Shown piece after piece: positions 27,889-36,791 of a stretch of 64,000 nucleotides of DNA. Source of the stretch: a virus. Taxonomy: Duplodnaviria; Caudoviricetes. Both the position numbers and the translations under genes were made by a program. Within the stretch, counting starts at the first letter, position 1; the number at the start of each line of letters is the position of its first letter. The notes beneath the pieces are model-generated. The model was not told the DNA's origin, did no database searches, and saw only the letters and a program-made list of their open reading frames with translations. The stretch is taken from positions 32,001-96,000 of the IMG/VR virus record IMGVR_UViG_3300035499_000517; one strand, 5' to 3'.

Positions 27889-30471
27889 ATGTTTATAAGA
27901 GAAATTATCTTAGAAAACTTTCAGAATTTAAAGACTGGAATTGGAGTAAACAAATTAGAATTAGACTTCACAAAACAAAAGAATCCAGTCTGTATTATTA
28001 TTGGTCCAAACGGTGCAGGGAAAACGAGTCTATTAAGTTATTTGACTCCATTTGCTACCGTTGGAGATTTGGATATAAGAAATGCAACGAGACCCATCAT
28101 AAAAGGAAAGAATGGGTATAAGAAGATTGTATTGCTTGATGACGAACGAAATGAATACGTCATCGAGCATTTTTACACCCCAAAAAGCGATGGAGCATTT
28201 ATCATCAAGTCTTATTTTAAGATGAATGATGTGGAATTAAATGAGAATGGAAATGTCACATCATTTAAGGATTTGGTAGCAGAGCATCTGGATATTGAGA
28301 TGAGTTACTTAAAGCTCATAAGAATGGGTGATAATGTAAAGAATCTCATTACATCAAGAGGAGCAGAGAGAAAAGTCTTTGCTACGAAAATCTTAGAGGA
28401 AGTGGATTGGTACTTAAAGCAATATAAAGAAGCTTCTCAAAGAGAGAAAGATACAAAAGCAGTTATTGGTCATATCATTGATGAAATCAAAAAGACTTCT
28501 GTAGAAGATGAAAAGAAGTCTGAGATTGAGATTGCTGAGATGAATCAGGAGCTTGCTACATTAGATGCTGTAATTGCAAAAGTAAATGAAGAACTCACAC
28601 GATATAAATACGATTACGAGAAGTTAAATATCGGTGGAGATTTTCCATTTCTTTTAAAGGCAGCAACGAAACGAATAGAATCATTTACGAATGCATTAGA
28701 GATTGCAAAGGCAGAAAGTCTGGACTTAAAGAAAGCCAATAAGAAGTTGGAATCTTTATCCTTACTGGAAGTTGAATTACAAGGAAAAGTAAAAGCAGCT
28801 TCTGATGTCATTTCAAGAATCTTACAGGATATTGATAATGAGATGAATGAACTCGATGAAATCAAAGCTTCGATTAAGAAAGAAGAAAAGGATTTAAATC
28901 TGGAATCTTTAGAGAATTACTTTCATGATTTACGGAAACGTACAAATCATGCTTATCGAAGTGCTTTTGATGAGAGAACTGTCAACTGTTCAAAAGAAGA
29001 GTTTGATGAGTTCGTGGTATTCTTAAAGAATATCCAGTCACAGTTAAATCTCACTTATGACTTCGGCAAAGACCCGATTAAGAAAGTCTTAAAAGAGATG
29101 AAAGCAAATAACGATATTCCATCTCTTATCAAAGCTTCTTTACTTACAATTGAAGCACAGGAGAATGCAGAGCGATTATCATTAGTAGACAGGATTATCA
29201 ATCGTTATGCAGGAATTAAAATTACTTGTGAACAGGAATGTCCATTAAAGCAACTTCACAAAGAACTACTTGACATCAAAGATGCTGTTCCAGTTGCTTC
29301 TGTAAAATATACTTCTGAGTTTTATCATATGATGCAACTTGCTTATGATAACTTAACGAATGTCTTTTCTCAGCTCAATGAGAAAGCGGAGTTTATTCAG
29401 AAGCTTCCTGAAGACATTCAGAAATTCTTCCTTGTAGATAATCTTTACAAGAAGATTGGAAATGCAGAATGCATCTTCGATGATAAACTTATCAATGATT
29501 ACATTTCTTTCTTGACAGAACGAGAAAATTATAATCAGTTGAAGAAAGAATGTGATGAGGTTGAAAAAGATCTCATTAAAATGAAAGCATTGAGTAAGAT
29601 GGAGTTTTTGACAAAGCAACGAGATAAGATCTCTTCTCATATAGAAAAGCTCCAAGAAGAACTCGAAGATGAGAAAGCTTCAAAAGAAGCAGTAGAAGAT
29701 GAACTTCGTAGTTGTAGATCTGATATCACTTCGGTTCGGACTATTTCTGAAGCTCTTACTGAATATGATGAAGCAAAAACAAATTATGAGGATATCACAA
29801 AACGTGATGAAGAAGGTAAGAAATTATCTTCAAGAATAGGGGATTTAGACTCTCAATTGAATGAGTTTAATCAGCGTCGTTATTTGTTATCCCTAGACGT
29901 GTCCAGCAAAGAGTCAAAACTTAAAAGATATCGTGATTTAGTAACTCAATTAGAGGATTATCGCTTGCTTTATGAAGACTATTCGAACTTAAAGTTCGCT
30001 TTATCGGGAACAACAGGTATTCCACTTGAACATATCCGAGCATACTTTAAGAAAGTCACAAAGATTGCAAATGAACTTCTTGATATTGTCTATCATGGAG
30101 ATTTATATCTTGATAAGTTTGAGATTACTGAGAATGATTTCTTGATGCCTTACGTGAAAAATGGAGTTCGTATCGATGATGTCTCTTCTGCTTCGCAGGG
30201 AGAAGCCAGCTTCTTTAATATGGCGATCTCTTCTGCACTTCGAGCAATGAGTATGTCACGTTATAATGTAGGACTCTATGATGAAGTAGATTCCATGTTT
30301 GATGATAAAAACCGACAAAGATTTATTCCTGTCTTAGAGAAACAGATGGAGCTTAATAACATCAGACAGGCATTCTTAATTACACACAACATGATGTTTC
30401 GTCAGTATCCAGTTGATATTATTAACATGGAAGACTTAGATAAATCCACTATTGGTGTAAAATACGAGTAA
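27889..30471 (+). CDS. sbcC: SbcC/Rad50-like SMC ATPase
   Basis: Walker A GPNGAGKTS; long coiled coil with CEQECP hook; signature ASQGE; Walker B LYDEVD; LITH. Confidence 0.9.
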   Translation: MFIREIILENFQNLKTGIGVNKLELDFTKQKNPVCIIIGPNGAGKTSLLSYLTPFATVGDLDIRNATRPIIKGKNGYKKIVLLDDERNEYVIEHFYTPKSDGAFIIKSYFKMNDVELNENGNVTSFKDLVAEHLDIEMSYLKLIRMGDNVKNLITSRGAERKVFATKILEEVDWYLKQYKEASQREKDTKAVIGHIIDEIKKTSVEDEKKSEIEIAEMNQELATLDAVIAKVNEELTRYKYDYEKLNIGGDFPFLLKAATKRIESFTNALEIAKAESLDLKKANKKLESLSLLEVELQGKVKAASDVISRILQDIDNEMNELDEIKASIKKEEKDLNLESLENYFHDLRKRTNHAYRSAFDERTVNCSKEEFDEFVVFLKNIQSQLNLTYDFGKDPIKKVLKEMKANNDIPSLIKASLLTIEAQENAERLSLVDRIINRYAGIKITCEQECPLKQLHKELLDIKDAVPVASVKYTSEFYHMMQLAYDNLTNVFSQLNEKAEFIQKLPEDIQKFFLVDNLYKKIGNAECIFDDKLINDYISFLTERENYNQLKKECDEVEKDLIKMKALSKMEFLTKQRDKISSHIEKLQEELEDEKASKEAVEDELRSCRSDITSVRTISEALTEYDEAKTNYEDITKRDEEGKKLSSRIGDLDSQLNEFNQRRYLLSLDVSSKESKLKRYRDLVTQLEDYRLLYEDYSNLKFALSGTTGIPLEHIRAYFKKVTKIANELLDIVYHGDLYLDKFEITENDFLMPYVKNGVRIDDVSSASQGEASFFNMAISSALRAMSMSRYNVGLYDEVDSMFDDKNRQRFIPVLEKQMELNNIRQAFLITHNMMFRQYPVDIINMEDLDKSTIGVKYE

Positions 30472-30492
30472 GAATGCTCAACTCAAATTTGA

Positions 30493-30506
30493 GTTATACA
30501 TTATCT
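30493..30506 (+). promoter_or_regulatory. Early-type phage promoter motif (variant)
   Basis: atttgagttatacattatct upstream of the RNAP gene. Confidence 0.55.
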
Positions 30507-30583
30507 ATTTGAGGTAAAGGGGAGTAGGATAATTTTCTACTTCCCTTTTCACATTCGGTTAATCAGAAAGGAGGTAGTTAACC

Positions 30584-30634
30584 GTGATTACATTCATACG
30601 GACAGAATTAATAGGAGAAAAGTATAAAGAGTAG
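30584..30634 (+). CDS. 16-aa upstream ORF (MITFIRTELIGEKYKE)
   Basis: GAAAGGAGGT RBS before GTG; ends 17 nt before the RNAP gene. Confidence 0.35.
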   Translation: MITFIRTELIGEKYKE

Positions 30635-30651
30635 TTTGGGAGGAATTTTAA

Positions 30652-32599
30652 ATGGCACATGTAGTACGAACAGAAGTCATTAATTTGAAAAATGAATATG
30701 TCGTGGCTGACCAAGTCTCATGGGATCGATTATTCTATGATGACATTATGAACCATGATGGATTTGTTATTTCAGAACCTGCCGTCTTATCATTAGATGG
30801 TAGAAAAGAGAAAAATATGTTTGGACCAAACTCTCCACTGTTTGGAACCACTTATGGTGACGAGCAGGCATTTATGGAAAGGCATAGATGTAAATGTGGA
30901 GAATTTAAAGGACTACGTTTCAAAGGTGAAATTTGCCCTTTCTGTGGTACAAAGGTAGAAGCCAGAGATATGGATATCAAAAAGACTGGCTGGATTAGTT
31001 TGGGTGATAATGTTTTAATTAGCCCTTACTGGTATAAGATATTTGAAAGAACCATTGGGAAGAAACCATTTGCAGAGATGGTGGAAAGAATCGAAAGAGT
31101 TGATGCTGATGGTAATCGTCATGAGGTCGCTTATGATGAGGATCATCCACCATCATCTCCATTTGCTGGAATAGGAATCGACGGGTTTTACGAAAGATAT
31201 GATGAGATACTCGATTACTTTGCAGCAAAGAAAAAAGATAAGAGGGAACAACTGAATCAGGCAAAGCGTTGTAAATACAAAGCTTTCATTCATCATATTC
31301 CTGTATATTCGACTTTCTTAAGACCATCATCGGTTACAGCTGATACATTCTATTTCAATGGTATTGATAAAGAGATAAATACATTGGTTAACTTATCTAT
31401 GACGCTCAGGGATTGTGAGCCCATAGAGAAACCCTTTATTCAAACACATATGCAGACTAGACTGCAAACCATGTGGGAGTTGAACTTCAACCAAGTCTCG
31501 CAAAAGAAGGGATTTATACGTAATAAGATCATATCAGGTTCCCTAAATTATACGAGTCGCTCAGTCATAACGCCGGATCCAACACTTGCTGTAGATCAGG
31601 TAGACATGAGTTATCAGGGATTTCGTATCTTATTTAAATATAAGATTATTTACTACTTGATGAAAATACTTAATATATCGCTCTCTGATGCCTACATGAT
31701 GTGGAAAGATGCATATAAGAAAGACGATTACGTTCTTTCTATTATGAATTATATAGTAAAGAAAGAAAAACCGAGGATTTTATTAAATAGAAATCCTACA
31801 ATCAATCTGTATTCAATGCTTATGTTAAGAATACGCCGGGTGAAGGACGATTGGAAGAGGACAACGTTGTCTGTTCCTTTATTTATTTTAGCCGGTTTGA
31901 ATGCCGATCAACGAATCACCGCAAGGTCGGGACGTGTGGTAACACATAGTCGAGAAGTACGTGAACGTTTAACAAACGGTGTTAATCATTCATTAAGAAT
32001 GGTTAGCTAACGGTAGAAGTTAAATAAGACTGTTTATATGATAATTATAGACCGTATATAGGAAGTCCTATATATCGACCATAGACGAATGAGCTTCGTA
32101 AGAGAGCCTGGGTCCAAGAAATTGGATAGCCTGGTAATACCGTGCCAAGCTTTAGTAATAAAGAAGGTGTAGAGACTATTTATGTAGGGCTTAGTTTGAG
32201 GGCTAAGTTCGAAGCGCGTACCTCCTAGAATAATCTAGGATGAAGATATAGTCCGTGTTATAATGTGGAAATAGCACATTTGATGGTGATATCTTGAATC
32301 AGATTGCATTAGTTCAACCAGAATTCGTAAAGATGTTTAGAAAGTTTAGTCCAATGGAGAAATACATCATGAACCGTGAAGATGGATCTCTCAACAAACT
32401 CTTTGCAGTTGGTAAGGGACAGCTTATCGATTTCTATCACTTCTCAACCTTTAAGAATGAAGAAGGTCTTGAAGAGATGGATGAAGAGAAACTTTGGGCT
32501 TATATCAAACAGACTGAGAAGGAAAGTACCAGAAAGGTCATTTATATGCCGAATGGTGAAATCCGTAAAGTTTATCCAGAAGATCTGGTCGTTAAATAA
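30652..32599 (+). CDS. Phage multisubunit RNA polymerase beta'-like (N-terminal) subunit; join(30652..31908,32279..32599), 525 aa
   Basis: Zn-finger RCKCG..ICPFCG; SRSVITPD; LLNRNPTI; catalytic LNAD|FDGD reconstituted only after removing 31909-32278; early motif upstream suggests the non-virion RNAP. Confidence 0.9.
31909..32278 (+). mobile_element. Group I intron (370 nt, no homing endonuclease) in the RNAP catalytic motif
   Basis: P1 CCGAU/GUCGG with U.G at the 5' splice site; P3 GUACGUG/CGCGUAC; P4 ACGGUA/UACCGU; R GUAGAGACUA and S AAGAUAUAGUCC (P7); P8 CCUAGA/UCUAGG; P9 GUGUUAU/AUAGCAC; P10 with the 3' exon. Confidence 0.92.
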
Positions 32600-32714
32600 T
32601 TTTTGTATATTCGAGAGGAAGTGTCTATTAAGATGCTTCCTCTCTTTATTTTTTTTAAAGATATATTTTATTATTGCTCTGGACTGTTTTATAAAGGAAG
32701 GAGATGATTGCTTT

Positions 32715-33152
32715 ATGAAACATCTATATCGATGTAGTGCAAAAGACGGTACAGTATTGGATTTAGAATTAGAGGATACAACTGTATCGAGGTATATGAG
32801 AGAGATTGGGGATATTTTGGCTTGTATTAACAGGAGAAAGCCATTTGAGAAACCTCCAGTAGAGTTGCAAATTACAAATACAGATCGTTTGAAGTTAAAG
32901 ATTATCATTGTATCTTTTGAGGCACATAAATCGGATGCGGAGATTACAAGATTTGAAGAACCAATTCGGATGATTCGTGCTTTAGCAAAAGAAGCAGAAA
33001 CAGAAGATCTTCGAATTAGATTAGAAGTTTTATTATCAAGGTGGAATCTTATTTATGATTGGTACAGTGCTGTGGAGTTAGAATGTTATCGGGTGATTGA
33101 AGGGTTTTCTGATTATATGAAAGAGGGATTGGTATTTGATCGACTCAATTAA
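32715..33152 (+). CDS. Hypothetical protein
   Basis: AAGGAG RBS before ATG 32715. Confidence 0.6.
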   Translation: MKHLYRCSAKDGTVLDLELEDTTVSRYMREIGDILACINRRKPFEKPPVELQITNTDRLKLKIIIVSFEAHKSDAEITRFEEPIRMIRALAKEAETEDLRIRLEVLLSRWNLIYDWYSAVELECYRVIEGFSDYMKEGLVFDRLN

Positions 33153-33174
33153 ATATAAATCAACCTGATTTTCA

Positions 33175-33188
33175 TTTATATATTATCT
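33175..33188 (+). promoter_or_regulatory. Early-type phage promoter motif
   Basis: tttcatttatatattatct. Confidence 0.72.
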
Positions 33189-33223
33189 TTCTAGTATCGA
33201 TAGAAAGAAAGGAGAAAATTGAT

Positions 33224-33409
33224 ATGAATGACGTGGTGTTTAAGGTAGGAAAAGTAGCAACAGGTGTTGTTGCAGCGGTAATCGTAGGAGAGTTGGTGGC
33301 AATTGGATGCAATGCAGCGGTAGATGATGCAGAATATCTGATCAAGCAGGCAAAGGATAAGTTTAGTCCGGAACCGGTGCAACCAAAGGGATTCTTCCGG
33401 AAGAAGTAG
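33224..33409 (+). CDS. Small early protein with hydrophobic segment
   Basis: AAGGAG RBS. Confidence 0.6.
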   Translation: MNDVVFKVGKVATGVVAAVIVGELVAIGCNAAVDDAEYLIKQAKDKFSPEPVQPKGFFRKK

Positions 33410-33420
33410 AAAGGAGTAGC

Positions 33421-33648
33421 ATGAAGAAAGTAGAGGTAAATAGTTATCCAGTAAAAGACAAGATTATCCATGGTGCTATCTTAGGGATTAGTGTATATAT
33501 GATGATGGCTGGGTTCGAGCACGGCTGCAGAGTGTTCGAAGATGTCGTGCCGAGTGCTGTGGATAAAGTCCATATGGCTGGATTGGTTGCTGATATGGCA
33601 AAAGAAGAAAGCAAGAAAAAGAAGAAGAAAAAGAAAGTAAAAGCATAA
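33421..33648 (+). CDS. Small early protein, hydrophobic segment and poly-Lys tail
   Basis: AAGGAG RBS; terminator follows. Confidence 0.6.
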   Translation: MKKVEVNSYPVKDKIIHGAILGISVYMMMAGFEHGCRVFEDVVPSAVDKVHMAGLVADMAKEESKKKKKKKKVKA

Positions 33649-33787
33649 GACGAAAGAAAAGAAAGAGCTTGGAAAATATCCTTGCTCTTTCTTTTTTCCC
33701 TTCATGACGTAATTTCTATTGATATTTTGCTTAAAAAACAAAGAAAATAAGGCTATAAAGAATAAATATAGAAAGGAAGAAGAGCTT

Positions 33788-34243
33788 ATGAATGGATATG
33801 TATTACCACTTAAGCCGAGTGAAAATCCGGCAGTAATTGGGTGGGATTATATCAAGAATAATAGAGATCGTCTTGTAAAATTCGATTTTGAAGAGAGCTC
33901 CATCGACCTTACTGTGGTAACTGTTTGCCGTTTAGTCGTTGAGGGTGTTTCATATGATGTCACAAGACAATACTTCAACAGGGTAGATGATTCTACAACA
34001 GAGCGTGTCTTGGTATTAAAGCCAATCATGACTGTAAATGAGAATGGTGAAGAGTTTATCAGGTCACAGAAGAGGTATGGACGTTACTACAATGGAGACG
34101 ACAGTTATGCAAATCGGAAAGCAAACTCCACAGCAGAAAATAATCTGATGGGACCGACTGCAAATGTTGTTACAAAAGAAGAAACTACAACAGAAGATGC
34201 AGAAGCATCTGCTACAACTGAAAATGAAGCAACAGAGTCTTGA
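33788..34243 (+). CDS. Hypothetical protein
   Basis: ATG 33788 after GAAAGGA. Confidence 0.6.
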   Translation: MNGYVLPLKPSENPAVIGWDYIKNNRDRLVKFDFEESSIDLTVVTVCRLVVEGVSYDVTRQYFNRVDDSTTERVLVLKPIMTVNENGEEFIRSQKRYGRYYNGDDSYANRKANSTAENNLMGPTANVVTKEETTTEDAEASATTENEATES

Positions 34244-34267
34244 TGATTCCTTGAAATAAGCTGTTAG

Positions 34268-34279
34268 AACATAATGGTA
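34268..34279 (+). promoter_or_regulatory. Late-type promoter motif AACA-N6-TA
   Basis: aacataatggta. Confidence 0.62.
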
Positions 34280-34325
34280 ATGTAAAAGAATACATCAAGA
34301 AAATTATGAAAGGTGGTATTTTAAT

Positions 34326-35279
34326 ATGTCATTATTTAACGATATACTGAACGCACCCCTTCCTTCTAAATCAGGAACATCTTTCACAGAGAGTTCTGAT
34401 AACGATTTTGAGAAAGATTTGGATGCAGCAATGAAGGAAGACGGGGATGAGAGCCTTTTCGGTTCTCTGGACGACGATGATGATTTCGGTGGAGACGAAA
34501 ACAGTGATATTGCTGGACTTCTTGGAACCGAGCCGGATGGAGATGACGATGACGTCAATCCGGACGATATCGATGATCTTTTAGGAGATCTTGGTGAAGA
34601 GTGTGGAGAAGGCTGTGCTACAGAGGCTTGCTCCGGATGTGCAAAAGAAGATGGAGAAGAGCTTACTGGTGGTGGAGATCTCGGAACAGATGTAGGAACA
34701 GATCCGCTTGATCCTGGCTCAGTTCCGGCAGAGCAGCCGACATCACCGGTTATGGATGTTGATGATCCGACTCCCGCAGCTCCACTTGATGGCCAGGAAG
34801 ATCAGGATGCAGATGACATGATGGCGGCTGTTGGAACACCGGTACTTCTTGAGGAGTGCATGACTGTTCAGGAAGCAGCAGACTTCATGGAGTCTGGCGA
34901 TGCAGAGATCGCAATCTCTGAGGGACTCATGCTTGAGTCTACATTAGATGAGTTGGTTGCTGATCTTACAAACGGTGAGCAGGCTTATACCGAGAGCGTA
35001 TTTGCTCCGGCAAGCAGACCGTACAAGATGACAAAGAAAGCAAGATTGAATCAGCTGTATGAGCTGTCTCTTCAGATTGAGGCAAGAGCTCATCATGATC
35101 CATTTGTTAAGAAGATCGACAAGGCATATGCAATCGAGCGCCGCATCAAAGCAGGCTGGAGAAAGCGTTATGGCAGACTGGCTATGCGCCGTGCTATTAA
35201 GTACCTGAGAAGACTTATGAGGTCTAACTCGAATGGTCTTAAGAAAGCAGCAAAACAGATCTTACCAACCAAGAAATAA
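34326..35279 (+). CDS. Putative inner-head protein: long acidic propeptide plus highly basic C-terminal domain
   Basis: FTES, FMES, MLES, YTES sites; K/R-rich last ~95 aa; late motif upstream. Confidence 0.6.
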   Translation: MSLFNDILNAPLPSKSGTSFTESSDNDFEKDLDAAMKEDGDESLFGSLDDDDDFGGDENSDIAGLLGTEPDGDDDDVNPDDIDDLLGDLGEECGEGCATEACSGCAKEDGEELTGGGDLGTDVGTDPLDPGSVPAEQPTSPVMDVDDPTPAAPLDGQEDQDADDMMAAVGTPVLLEECMTVQEAADFMESGDAEIAISEGLMLESTLDELVADLTNGEQAYTESVFAPASRPYKMTKKARLNQLYELSLQIEARAHHDPFVKKIDKAYAIERRIKAGWRKRYGRLAMRRAIKYLRRLMRSNSNGLKKAAKQILPTKK

Positions 35280-35370
35280 CAGGAGGTGATCCTGACATCT
35301 GATAAATTGAGGAATAGACTATTTTGTCTATTCCTCTTTTATCCCCAAATTTGGATTTTCCAGATTTTCA

Positions 35371-35384
35371 TTTATATACTATTT
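35371..35384 (+). promoter_or_regulatory. Early-type phage promoter motif
   Basis: attttcatttatatactattt. Confidence 0.62.
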
Positions 35385-35478
35385 TCGCGATACAAAGGAA
35401 GGAAAGCAATAAGAAACCTTCCAAATTACAAATTACGGCAACCCGAGCCCATAATAAACGGGAGAAAGCGAGGACATT

Positions 35479-35664
35479 ATGTTCAAGAGTTTAAGTACAG
35501 TAGTAGATGAGAAGATGGAAGAAATGAATTGGAGCCTTTGCTCTGATGCGTGGCCAATGACAGGACACAAGTCTGTTTGGAAGGATCAGGAGTGGTTGGA
35601 TCATATCGACGACTATCAGGAAGTTTCATTAGGGAACTGGTTTGATGGTATTGATTTGATCTAG
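35479..35664 (+). CDS. Small Trp-rich acidic early protein
   Basis: GAGGA RBS; hairpin follows. Confidence 0.55.
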   Translation: MFKSLSTVVDEKMEEMNWSLCSDAWPMTGHKSVWKDQEWLDHIDDYQEVSLGNWFDGIDLI

Positions 35665-35731
35665 TATTTTAAGGAGGTTGTCGAAAGGCAGCCTCCATTT
35701 TCTATGTTGCAAAAGAAAAGGAGAATAAAAA

Positions 35732-35923
35732 ATGAAGGTCATTGATAAAATTAAAGATCTTGTAAAACTGAATAAAGAGATAGATGAAAATGGAGTTGAA
35801 GGATATAAAGTTGAGGGTTATGAAGTTGAAGAGTATAAAGTGGAAGAATATAAAGTAGAGGAGTACAAGGTAAGTGAGTACAAAGTAAGCGAGTATAAGG
35901 TGAGCGAATATAAAGCAAAATGA
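35732..35923 (+). CDS. Small protein with eight pentapeptide repeats V(E/S)(G/E)Y(K/E)
   Basis: AAGGAG RBS; repeats vary mainly at synonymous positions. Confidence 0.7.
   Translation: MKVIDKIKDLVKLNKEIDENGVEGYKVEGYEVEEYKVEEYKVEEYKVSEYKVSEYKVSEYKAK
35795..35914 (+). repeat. 8 x 15-bp imperfect coding tandem repeat
   Basis: gttgaaggatataaa, gttgagggttatgaa, gttgaagagtataaa ... gtgagcgaatataaa. Confidence 0.85.
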
Positions 35924-35934
35924 AGGGATGAAGA

Positions 35935-36168
35935 ATGAAAGCATTTAAGAAACTAAAAGAATTGATACGATTGATTTTTGATACATTCAAAGATTATTTG
36001 AAGGCTCTACCTTGGTGGGGAAGGGTCTTATTCGTTATCATATTTTTATTACTGGATATCATAATACCGGTAGTAATTTTAACACCAGTCACCGCAAAGG
36101 TGACAAATTGGCACTTAAAGAAAATTCAAAATAAAAGAAATGAGGAGAAAGATCATGATGAAAGATAA
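35935..36168 (+). CDS. Small membrane protein
   Basis: One long hydrophobic helix. Confidence 0.6.
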   Translation: MKAFKKLKELIRLIFDTFKDYLKALPWWGRVLFVIIFLLLDIIIPVVILTPVTAKVTNWHLKKIQNKRNEEKDHDER

Positions 36169-36532
36169 TTATTTAAACAAGAATGAAGTTGCACGTAGGA
36201 TATTCACAGAGGATCGTTTGGATCATGTAACCGCTATTAAGTATCGTCCGGGATCTACGAAAGAAACCAATCCAGAAAAGGATTGCTATCGGTTCGAGAA
36301 GAATGGAACTTATTGGAACTATTTTGAAGATAAACTTGATGCACTGAGTAAGAAAGTTCCGGATGCTATGGTATCGACAGCATTGATGTGCCGACATCTG
36401 AATCATGCATTGGAAACCGAATGGTTAGCATCCACCAGCGATATTGCTGTTGAATGTGAAGATGGATACTTCTATGATGTTCTCGGAAAAGTAACCTATA
36501 TGACAACTGAGAATTTCATGAAGCGAGTATAA
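36155..36532 (+). CDS. Hypothetical protein
   Basis: GAGGAG RBS before ATG 36155. Confidence 0.6.
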   Translation: MMKDNYLNKNEVARRIFTEDRLDHVTAIKYRPGSTKETNPEKDCYRFEKNGTYWNYFEDKLDALSKKVPDAMVSTALMCRHLNHALETEWLASTSDIAVECEDGYFYDVLGKVTYMTTENFMKRV

Positions 36533-36542
36533 TGGAGGTAAA

Positions 36543-36734
36543 GTGATGGAAAATTTTGATTACATGAAAGCATTTAATGATACTTTTGGTGATTTAATGG
36601 AGATGAGTGAAAAAGCACTGCAAAAGAACTGGGATGAGTTTGATAAGAAAGAGGATATAAAAGAGAAAGACATCTTGGATGAAACATGTGGTGAATTAGA
36701 GAAGCTTGGAATTGATCCAAGCTTCTTGAAGTAG
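36543..36734 (+). CDS. Small acidic hypothetical protein
   Basis: GGAGG RBS. Confidence 0.55.
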   Translation: MMENFDYMKAFNDTFGDLMEMSEKALQKNWDEFDKKEDIKEKDILDETCGELEKLGIDPSFLK

Positions 36735-36741
36735 TCAGGAT

Positions 36742-36788
36742 AAAAAGAAGAGAGCGCAGGAATTTGCGACCCTCTTCTTTTTTTTTTA
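36742..36788. terminator. Bidirectional terminator between convergent early and late units
   Basis: aagaagag..cgca/tgcg..ctcttctt hairpin with A- and T-tracts. Confidence 0.7.
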
Positions 36789-36791
36789 TTT

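Noticed and set aside
31909-32010. C-terminal tail QRITARSGRV... of the 452-aa ORF, and separate 101-aa ORF at 32294
   Set aside because: Both are artefacts of the unspliced intron; the two ORFs are exons of one RNAP subunit gene.
31909-32278. Intein, group II intron or homing endonuclease in the RNAP insertion
   Set aside because: The insert has stop codons, is not a multiple of 3, lacks GUGYG/domain V, contains no long ORF, and shows clear group I P3/P4/P7 elements.
32274-32282. Alternative 3' splice sites at nearby G residues (32274, 32282) that would give a canonical omega-G
   Set aside because: Joined to the P1-defined 5' site, both produce early stops, destroy DFDGD, and do not fit the P10 pairing.
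32376-32714. N-terminal extensions given in the ORF track (also 59566-59799, 18189-18272, 17104-17187, 41604-41663)
   Set aside because: They run through terminators or promoters; better RBS-supported starts lie downstream.
35795-35914. Short tandem repeats as a CRISPR array (also 10759-11220)
   Set aside because: No unique spacers; the repeats are in-frame coding repeats; no cas genes in the window.
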